From a virus, in IMG/VR virus record IMGVR_UViG_3300027770_000050, positions 1-64,000 of that record: DNA of 64,000 nucleotides. One strand, 5' to 3'. How positions within the stretch are numbered: position 1 is the stretch's first letter; each line of letters opens with the position of its first letter. A program made the position numbers and the translations under genes. Shown here one piece after another: positions 56,990-64,000 of the stretch. The notes under the pieces are model-generated. The model was not told the DNA's origin, did no database searches, and saw only the letters and a program-made list of their open reading frames with translations.

Positions 56990-57690
56990 TGGGACTTGAG
57001 CACTCTCCTACTATTGTGACAAATGGATTAGTTTATTATCTCGACGCTGCTAATACAAGAAGTTATAGTGGTTCTGGTCTTACTGCCAATAGTTTATCTG
57101 GTAGCTTAAGTGGAAGTCTTGTCAATGGTGTTGGTTTTACATCTTTGAATAATGGCAGTTTTCTTTTTGATGGAACTAATGATGTTATAGATCTTGGTGA
57201 TAATTTTGACATGGGATTATCAAGCTTTTCTTTTTGCGCTTATTTTAAAGCTAATAATATTTCAAATCTTCAAGGGATATTTTCAAAATCAATTGCTGCT
57301 GCTGCTGGATCAAGATATGCAGTTTTTGTATACAATAATAAAATAAATACTTTTATGAGTAATGGTGGTGCAACAGATGTTGAAACACCCTCAAGTCAGA
57401 CATTATCTATAAATACTTGGTATCACATCGGAGCTGTTTACAATAGAGCTGATAAATTAATTCTGTTCATAAATGGAATTTTTGATTCATCAGCGACAAT
57501 ATCTCAGTTTCAAGCAAATGATTTTCAAGCAACACATATATTTAGAATTGGATCTTACAGTGATGCAGGCAACAGTGCAAATTATTTCTTAAATGGATCT
57601 ATATCTCAACTTCAAATTTACAACAGAGTTTTATCAGCTCAGGAAATACTTCAAAATTACAATGCTACTAAAGGGAGATATGGACTGTAA
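56989..57690 (+). CDS. LamG/concanavalin A-like protein 5
   Basis: Same conserved termini; TAATG coupling. Confidence 0.85.
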   Translation: MGLEHSPTIVTNGLVYYLDAANTRSYSGSGLTANSLSGSLSGSLVNGVGFTSLNNGSFLFDGTNDVIDLGDNFDMGLSSFSFCAYFKANNISNLQGIFSKSIAAAAGSRYAVFVYNNKINTFMSNGGATDVETPSSQTLSINTWYHIGAVYNRADKLILFINGIFDSSATISQFQANDFQATHIFRIGSYSDAGNSANYFLNGSISQLQIYNRVLSAQEILQNYNATKGRYGL

Positions 57691-58388
57691 TGGGCATTGA
57701 ATATAATCCAGTTGTCCCTACAGATGGACTTGTTTATTGGTATGACACTGCTAATCCAAGATCTTTCCCTGGATCTGGAAACACGATGTATAGTTTACTA
57801 AATGGGTCGATTATGACCTTAAATAATGGATATACAACTTTCGGTACTGGTGCTGGTTTAGCTGTTTCTTTTACAGGAACAGATGCTTACACTATGACGC
57901 AAACCAATCTATATAGTCAATTTCCAACAGCTCAAACATCAATGTTTATTTGGGCATATTCAGTTGGATCTGGAAATATAATAACTGAATTGGGACAAAC
58001 AATTCCAAATGCTGGTTGGATAGATAGCAACATAGAGATAAATGCTTCTGGAAATGTGTCAATGTCTGTTTGGCACGGAAGTTTAGCAAACAGAGTAATA
58101 AGTAGTGCTTTGAGTTTTAATACTTGGTATCACATTGGTTGGACTTATAATGGGACAAGTTTCATTGGATATATAAATGGAGCTTCAATAGGAACAACAA
58201 CATTAGGTAGAAGCAGAAATGGAAGTGCAATTCATTATACTATTGGAGCAACTGCATCTAATCAAAATATGGGCACAGGTACTTATTGGAAAGGTATGTT
58301 TAGTAACTTCTCTGTTTACAATAGATCTTTGTCAAGCTTAGAAGTTTTACAATTTTACAATGCCACTAAAAGTAGGTATGGATTATAA
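57690..58388 (+). CDS. LamG/concanavalin A-like protein 6
   Basis: Same conserved termini; core similar to copy 1. Confidence 0.85.
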   Translation: MGIEYNPVVPTDGLVYWYDTANPRSFPGSGNTMYSLLNGSIMTLNNGYTTFGTGAGLAVSFTGTDAYTMTQTNLYSQFPTAQTSMFIWAYSVGSGNIITELGQTIPNAGWIDSNIEINASGNVSMSVWHGSLANRVISSALSFNTWYHIGWTYNGTSFIGYINGASIGTTTLGRSRNGSAIHYTIGATASNQNMGTGTYWKGMFSNFSVYNRSLSSLEVLQFYNATKSRYGL

Positions 58389-59071
58389 TGGGCATTGCAT
58401 ATAACACATCTATAGTTTCCGATGGTCTTGTTTATGCCATTGATGCTGCTAATTCAAGATCTTATGCAGGGAGTGGATTGACACTTTATGATTTGTATTC
58501 AGGAACAGCTACAACACTTATCAATGGAGTTGGAATTACAAGTTTTAATTCAGGTGCATTTGTTTTTGATGGTTCTAACGATTACATAAACCCAAATTTC
58601 CCAGTAAGTAATAATTCTGATTTTACAGTTGGATTTTGGATGAATTATCAAGATGTTACTAATGTTGATAGAGGGCTAGTAGCAACATGGGATACAAGCT
58701 GGAACGGATTTGGCATAGGAACATATCAAGCACAAATTAGATCTTGGGTAAATGATGGAGCTGGAGGTGGATTGAACTGGGCTGGAATTACTACAAATGT
58801 ATGGAAATATTACACTCTTGCGTTTAGCAATTCAGCAAAGACTCAATTCGTATATATTGATGGAAATTTCTTAGCCAGTGAAGGTAGAAATGCAACAGTT
58901 ACTCATTCTAGTTTACAAATAGCTAGAGGGGGACAATCAGGCTCGACACAGTTGACTTATTATCCATATCTAAAATGTCAAATATCTCAACTTTCAATTT
59001 ATAACAAAAGACTTTCAAATGCAGAAATCAAGCAAAATTATAACGCTACAAAGAAGAGGTATGGATTATAA
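58388..59071 (+). CDS. LamG/concanavalin A-like protein 7
   Basis: Same conserved termini; TAATG coupling. Confidence 0.85.
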   Translation: MGIAYNTSIVSDGLVYAIDAANSRSYAGSGLTLYDLYSGTATTLINGVGITSFNSGAFVFDGSNDYINPNFPVSNNSDFTVGFWMNYQDVTNVDRGLVATWDTSWNGFGIGTYQAQIRSWVNDGAGGGLNWAGITTNVWKYYTLAFSNSAKTQFVYIDGNFLASEGRNATVTHSSLQIARGGQSGSTQLTYYPYLKCQISQLSIYNKRLSNAEIKQNYNATKKRYGL

Positions 59072-59781
59072 TGGGAGTAATAGCTGGAGTAAATGCTGTC
59101 AATGATGGTTTAATTTTTACCATTGATGCTGGAAACTTTAGATCATATTCTGGTTCTGGAAATACTTCTATTGGTTTAGTAGGTGGTATAGGTGGCACTC
59201 TTGTAAATGGAGTTGGATTTACAAGTACAAACAGTGGAAGTTTTATTTTTGATGGCACAAATGATTATATTGAAGTATCTGATTCTAATTTGCTTGCTTT
59301 TGGAACCAATCCTTTTACTATAGATTTTTGGTTATATTCTACTTATATATATCCAGGATCTGGAACAATTTACAGAACAATTTTGAGTAATTATTTAGAT
59401 TACCAGGGAGTCTATGCTACATTTTTTTATTTGGGTTTATTTAATAATGGCAGCACTTTGATTAATTTTGTAAGTTTCCTAAATTCCTCATCAGGAAATT
59501 TAATGGGTTCACTTGGAGCAAATATAAATGCAAATGAATGGACAAATGTAAATTTCACAAGAAGTGGTGACAACTTAATTTGTTATAAGAATGGTGTTTT
59601 AGTATCTACAGTAGTTTCTACAAATAATTTTTCAGGAACTCGTAATGCAAGAATTGGCGGAGGTGTCGCCTCTGTAAATACGTTTCAAGGGTCTTTACCT
59701 TCATTCAAAATCTACAATCGAGCATTATCAGCTGCAGAAATCAAACAAAATTACAACGCCACTAAAAAGAGATACATCTAG
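59071..59781 (+). CDS. LamG/concanavalin A-like protein 8
   Basis: Same conserved termini; ends YNATKKRYI. Confidence 0.85.
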   Translation: MGVIAGVNAVNDGLIFTIDAGNFRSYSGSGNTSIGLVGGIGGTLVNGVGFTSTNSGSFIFDGTNDYIEVSDSNLLAFGTNPFTIDFWLYSTYIYPGSGTIYRTILSNYLDYQGVYATFFYLGLFNNGSTLINFVSFLNSSSGNLMGSLGANINANEWTNVNFTRSGDNLICYKNGVLVSTVVSTNNFSGTRNARIGGGVASVNTFQGSLPSFKIYNRALSAAEIKQNYNATKKRYI

Positions 59782-59786
59782 TCGCT

Positions 59787-59814
59787 AGGTCTTATAGGTT
59801 ATATTTTAGAAAAG
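59787..59814 (+). promoter_or_regulatory. Putative phage promoter AGG-N19-GAAAAG
   Basis: AGG at 59787-59789 and GAAA at 59809-59812. Confidence 0.55.
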
Positions 59815-59843
59815 TATAAGCATCAACATATGTGGAGTGACTA

Positions 59844-62800
59844 ATGGCTGATCTTAATTTTCCTAACCCTGGTGTACAGCAAACGTATTCATTCGTAGGT
59901 AAGACTTGGAATTGGGATGGACAACGCTGGGCTTTTGCTTCTAGTGGCTCCGGTATTACCAAACTTAATGAACTTACATCTTCAGTTCAAAACTTTTTAA
60001 TTGGTTATTCTGGGACATTTCCAAATATTGTTTCATCTGGATCTGACCATACATTTAATTTTCCATTAGCTGGAATTGCTGCGACAGGTCTTGTAAATAC
60101 CTCTGCTCAAAGTTTTGCAGGAGCTAAAACATTTGCTTCCACAACAAATGCAACTTATATAGGTGTTGGTGGTGTTGTTGTTCATGGTGGCATTGCTATA
60201 TCTGGCAATGCTGCTATAGGTGGATCTGCAATATTCACTAATACAAGTAATACAAATACTTTAGCAATTAGAGCTGGAGTACAAGCAAGCACTCTTACAT
60301 ATGTTTTTCCTATTGGCTCTCCAACATCGGGGCAGATATTATCAGCTTCAGCTCCAGCATCAGGTGTTGTCACTCTTACATGGGCAGATGATCAAACTGG
60401 AGCTCCTGCTGGTGGTATTACTCAACTCAATGGTCTTACTGCATCTACACAAACATTTCAAACTGGTACTTCTGGAGTTGATTTTGGTATATCTTCAACT
60501 ACTTCAACACACACATTCAACCTTCCAGATGCTAGTGCTTCAGCTAGAGGTGCTGTCACTACAGGGTCGCAAACTATTGCTGGTGCTAAAACATTCTCTT
60601 CTTCAATTATTGGTAATCTGACTGGAACAGCTACTACTTCTGAAAATGTAAATGTAACAACAACAACTAGAAGTCTTACTCACTACTTGACGTTTACCAA
60701 TGCAACAAGTGGAAGTGGATTAGCCTTAACTACTAGTGCTGTAGGTATTGGATTTACAGTCAACCCAGCACAAAATACCTTAGCTGCAGGGACGTTCATT
60801 GGAAATTTATCTGGAACAGCAGCTACAGCCACTAATTTCTATGGAACATTAGTAGGAAATTCTTCAACAGCAACTACTTCTCAAAACGTAAATGTCAATA
60901 CCACTACTGCTGGTGGAAGTTTCTTCTTAACATTTACAAATCAATCAAGTGGAAGTGGTTTAGCTTTAACAACATCCACTATTGGTATTGGTTTTACTGT
61001 CAATCCTGCTCAAAATACACTAGCTGCTGGTACTTTCATTGGTAATCTATCTGGAACGGCTGCTACTGCTACTAATTTCTATGGAACTCATATTGGTAAT
61101 GTAACAGGAACAGCAACTACATCTCAAAATGTTAATGTTACAACCACAACAGCAGGTGGTAATTTCTACCTCACATTTACTAACCAATCAAGTGGATCTG
61201 GATTAGCACTTACTACTAGCGCTATTGGCATTGGTTTTACTGTAAACCCAGCACAAAACACATTAGCTGCAGGGACATTTATTGGTAATCTATCTGGGAC
61301 AGCAGCTACAGCAACTAATTTCTATGGTACGTTAGTTGGAAATTCATCAACAGCAACTACTTCAGCTAATCTTAACACTGTTGCTGCTACTACTGGTACT
61401 GGACATTATTTATTATTTAGTCCTGTAAATGGTGCTTCAGGCGTTGCAGTATCTAGTGACGCTCAACTTCAATTTAGTCCCTCAACCAATGTTCTAACTG
61501 CTGATGTTTTCAATGGAAATCTTACTGCTACTGGAGCTACTGTCACAGGCATATTAGATGTTCAAGGAGATGCTGCTCTTGGTAATGCTACAGGAGACAC
61601 AGTAACATTTAATGCAAGAATAGGATCTCATTTTAATCCTACTACTGATAATACTTATGATATAGGTTTGCCTTCATTTAGATGGAGAAATGCATACCTC
61701 GTAAATATCACTGGTACTGCAGTTACAGCAACTAATTTCTATGGAACATTAACTGGTAACGTAACAGGTACAGCAACAACAGCAACAAATATTAATACAA
61801 CAAGTGCTGATACTGCTGGAGCACACTATTTACTTTTCAGTCCAACAAATGCTACTGCTTCTGGTGTTGCGGTAAGTTCTGATGCAACTCTACAATTTAA
61901 TCCTTCAACAAATGTATTAACTACAGATGTATTTAGTGGGAACTTTACAGGAACAGCAGCAACTGCTACTAATTTCTACGGAACATTAACTGGTAATGTA
62001 ACAGGCACAGCAACAACAGCACAAAATGTAAATGTTACTACAACAACACTAAGTAATAATTTTTATCTTACATTTACTGGTGCTTCTTCAGGAAGTGGTC
62101 TTGCCCTTACTACTAGTGCAGTCGGATCGGGCTTAACATATAATCCTGCTACTAACACATTATCTGCATTATTCTTTACAGGTACAGCTACAACTACTAG
62201 AAATAGTGTTGTTAACTCAACAACAATAAGTTCTGATCATTATTTATTATTTGCAAATGCTTCTTCAGGAAGTGGATTAGCTCTTTCTGCTAGTGCTGTA
62301 GGTATGGGTCTTACTTACAATCCAGCTACAAACACTCTTAGTGCTCAATTCTTCACTGGTACTGCAACTACTGCAAGAAATGTAGTAGTCAATACTACAA
62401 CAAGAAATGCTAATCATTATCTGTTATTTAGTCCTGACAGTTCTGGTTCTGGAGTTGCACTAACAACAAGCACAGTTGGCATGGGTCTTACTTACAACCC
62501 TGCTACGAATACATTATCAGCACAATTCTTTACTGGAACTGCAACTACTGCAAGAAATGTTGATGTAACTTCAACAACAATAAACTCAACACATTATCTT
62601 ACATTTACTAATGCTACATCAGGAAGTGGATTAGCATTAACTACAAGTACTGTTGGAGTTGGGTTGACATACAATCCAGCACAAAATACTTTAGGTTCTG
62701 GCACATTTGTTGGTAATGTATCAGGTTCTGCCACAACAAGCACATATATAACAGGTATCTTAAGAAACGCTAGTTATGTACAGGGTGATCTTTTAGCTGG

Positions 62801-63749
62801 AGCGTCTACTGGTAATACTCTTACCAGACTACCTGTTGGAGCAACTAATAGATACTTCTTGAAACCTGATTCAACTACACAATCAGGATTAGGATGGTCA
62901 ACATTTGCAGGTGTATTTGTAACATCACTAGCTCCTGTATATCCAGCTTTCACTCTACTTGAAGGTGATCTCTGGTACAAAGTTGACGACGGTTCATTCA
63001 ACGTTTATTACACTGACGTAGATGAAACAGCTCAATGGGTTGAAATTGTAAGTGCTGGTGGTGCTGGTGGAGGAAGTGCAACTCCTGCTGGATCAAATAC
63101 AAACGTTCAGTTCAACGACAGTAGTGCTTTTGGAGGAGTAGCTGATTTTACATTCTCAAAAGATGTGCCCTCTTTAGCTATAAAAAGTTTTCCAACAGAA
63201 AGTCCATCCAGTTCTACTGCAGCTATAGTATTAACAGGTACTGGAGTTAATTTTAGTGGAAGCGTCAATGGTACATTCCTTGCAATAAACTCGGCAAGTG
63301 GCTTCTCTGGTAATATGATAGACGCAAGGAAGAATGGAACAACACAATTTAGTGTCAATAATGATGGAAGCACTTATATTGCAACTCTTAACTCTAATGG
63401 TACTGTTTATTCTAACTCTGGAGTATTAACTAACTCAAATCCATCTGATCAAAACTTAAAAGAAAATATTCAGTCAATGATTGGTGGAACAACAATTGTA
63501 AATCAATTAAATCCAGTTTCTTTTGAATGGAAATCAGGTGTTGGTGGAACTGGAACTAAATATGGATTTATTGCTCAAGAAGTTCAAGCAGTCATTCCTG
63601 ATATTGTTTCTACTGATCAATCAGGCACTGTTGGTATAGATACAGTATCTATAATACCTTTCCTTGTAAAATCAATTAAGGAACAGCAAGAAACAATAGA
63701 ACAGTTGAGAGCAGAAATTCAATTTATAAAAACTGAACTTGGAATATAA
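59844..63749 (+). CDS. Tail fibre with long internal repeats and C-terminal peptidase S74 (intramolecular chaperone) domain
   Basis: N-terminal LNFP...W.WDG.RW; repeated GTATT..NV....YL.F...SGSG units; SDQNLKENI...YGFIAQEV...P..V...coiled coil. Confidence 0.9.
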   Translation: MADLNFPNPGVQQTYSFVGKTWNWDGQRWAFASSGSGITKLNELTSSVQNFLIGYSGTFPNIVSSGSDHTFNFPLAGIAATGLVNTSAQSFAGAKTFASTTNATYIGVGGVVVHGGIAISGNAAIGGSAIFTNTSNTNTLAIRAGVQASTLTYVFPIGSPTSGQILSASAPASGVVTLTWADDQTGAPAGGITQLNGLTASTQTFQTGTSGVDFGISSTTSTHTFNLPDASASARGAVTTGSQTIAGAKTFSSSIIGNLTGTATTSENVNVTTTTRSLTHYLTFTNATSGSGLALTTSAVGIGFTVNPAQNTLAAGTFIGNLSGTAATATNFYGTLVGNSSTATTSQNVNVNTTTAGGSFFLTFTNQSSGSGLALTTSTIGIGFTVNPAQNTLAAGTFIGNLSGTAATATNFYGTHIGNVTGTATTSQNVNVTTTTAGGNFYLTFTNQSSGSGLALTTSAIGIGFTVNPAQNTLAAGTFIGNLSGTAATATNFYGTLVGNSSTATTSANLNTVAATTGTGHYLLFSPVNGASGVAVSSDAQLQFSPSTNVLTADVFNGNLTATGATVTGILDVQGDAALGNATGDTVTFNARIGSHFNPTTDNTYDIGLPSFRWRNAYLVNITGTAVTATNFYGTLTGNVTGTATTATNINTTSADTAGAHYLLFSPTNATASGVAVSSDATLQFNPSTNVLTTDVFSGNFTGTAATATNFYGTLTGNVTGTATTAQNVNVTTTTLSNNFYLTFTGASSGSGLALTTSAVGSGLTYNPATNTLSALFFTGTATTTRNSVVNSTTISSDHYLLFANASSGSGLALSASAVGMGLTYNPATNTLSAQFFTGTATTARNVVVNTTTRNANHYLLFSPDSSGSGVALTTSTVGMGLTYNPATNTLSAQFFTGTATTARNVDVTSTTINSTHYLTFTNATSGSGLALTTSTVGVGLTYNPAQNTLGSGTFVGNVSGSATTSTYITGILRNASYVQGDLLAGASTGNTLTRLPVGATNRYFLKPDSTTQSGLGWSTFAGVFVTSLAPVYPAFTLLEGDLWYKVDDGSFNVYYTDVDETAQWVEIVSAGGAGGGSATPAGSNTNVQFNDSSAFGGVADFTFSKDVPSLAIKSFPTESPSSSTAAIVLTGTGVNFSGSVNGTFLAINSASGFSGNMIDARKNGTTQFSVNNDGSTYIATLNSNGTVYSNSGVLTNSNPSDQNLKENIQSMIGGTTIVNQLNPVSFEWKSGVGGTGTKYGFIAQEVQAVIPDIVSTDQSGTVGIDTVSIIPFLVKSIKEQQETIEQLRAEIQFIKTELGI
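60610..62745 (+). repeat. Tandem ~62-77 aa coding repeats (about 9 units) in the fibre shaft
   Basis: For example [33 protein letters not shown] three times and [21 protein letters not shown] three times. Confidence 0.85.
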
Positions 63750-63752
63750 AAT

Positions 63753-64000
63753 ATGCCAGATATAGATTTTCCAGTAAACCCATCCCTAAATGCAACCTAC
63801 TCGAAAGACGGTAAAACATGGATTTGGGATGGGTCTAGATGGAGAACAAATAATATACTTTCTTACAGTGGCGGAGGAACAGGTTATGCTTCTTACAACA
63901 CTGGAGACTTACTTGTTGGAACAGGGAATTCATTAATAAAATTCCCTGTTGGACAAAATAATTTTCAATATTTGAGAGTTGATTCAGCCAATTCTGCATC
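63753..64000 (+). CDS. Next tail fibre-like protein, 3'-truncated
   Basis: MPDIDFPVNPSLNATYSKDGKTWIWDGSRW is paralogous to the N-terminus of 59844; followed by the GGTGY.SYNTGDLLVG module. Confidence 0.8.
   Translation, partial: MPDIDFPVNPSLNATYSKDGKTWIWDGSRWRTNNILSYSGGGTGYASYNTGDLLVGTGNSLIKFPVGQNNFQYLRVDSANSA

Noticed and set aside
54190-63749. Diversity-generating retroelement or invertase shufflon acting on the lectin/fibre genes
   Set aside because: No reverse transcriptase or recombinase in the window, no near-identical repeat pair differing only at adenines, and all cassettes are intact same-strand genes.
1-64000. Stop-codon reassignment as in some huge phages
   Set aside because: Long conserved genes are intact under the standard code, and TAA, TAG and TGA all end genes at sensible positions.
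1-64000. Bacterial chromosome or eukaryotic giant virus origin, suggested by gyrAB, dnaK, dnaJ and clpX
   Set aside because: These genes are divergent and interleaved with tail fibres and orphan genes, grpE, hrcA, dnaA and clpP are missing from their usual contexts, and SD/sigma-type signals are bacterial. A large phage fits best.

Overview
This is an AT-rich, gene-dense 64 kb segment of a very large (jumbo/huge) tailed bacteriophage genome read in the standard code. I found no rRNA, tRNA, CRISPR array, transposase or reverse transcriptase. From left to right it contains: (1) a >2865-aa virion protein truncated at the window edge; (2) a protease/chaperone block (subtilisin S8, signal peptidase S26, trypsin-like S1, DnaJ, DnaK) with an SF2 helicase, a MerC-like membrane protein and a DUF151-like protein; (3) two paralogous tail-tube-like genes; (4) a complete gyrB-gyrA operon behind a perfect sigma70 promoter overlapped by a palindrome; (5) a 1939-aa protein built from about 10 copies of one tail module; (6) PIN-PhoH and a second J-domain protein; (7) many small hypothetical proteins sharing MWY and [KR]-x-[AS] tags, plus a ClpX with rewritten pore loops, a degenerate macrodomain and a lytic transglycosylase; (8) an 18 kb adsorption region with three mosaic tail fibres and eight tandem LamG genes. 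The most notable unexplained signals are a recurrent bipartite promoter A(A/G)G-N19-GAA resembling sigma-H promoters, a shared peptide tag on unrelated proteins (a candidate capsid-targeting and maturation system), a phage-encoded proteostasis network, and an unannotated 23-aa ORF behind an attenuator-like hairpin. All functional calls come from motif recognition by eye; no database searches were run.
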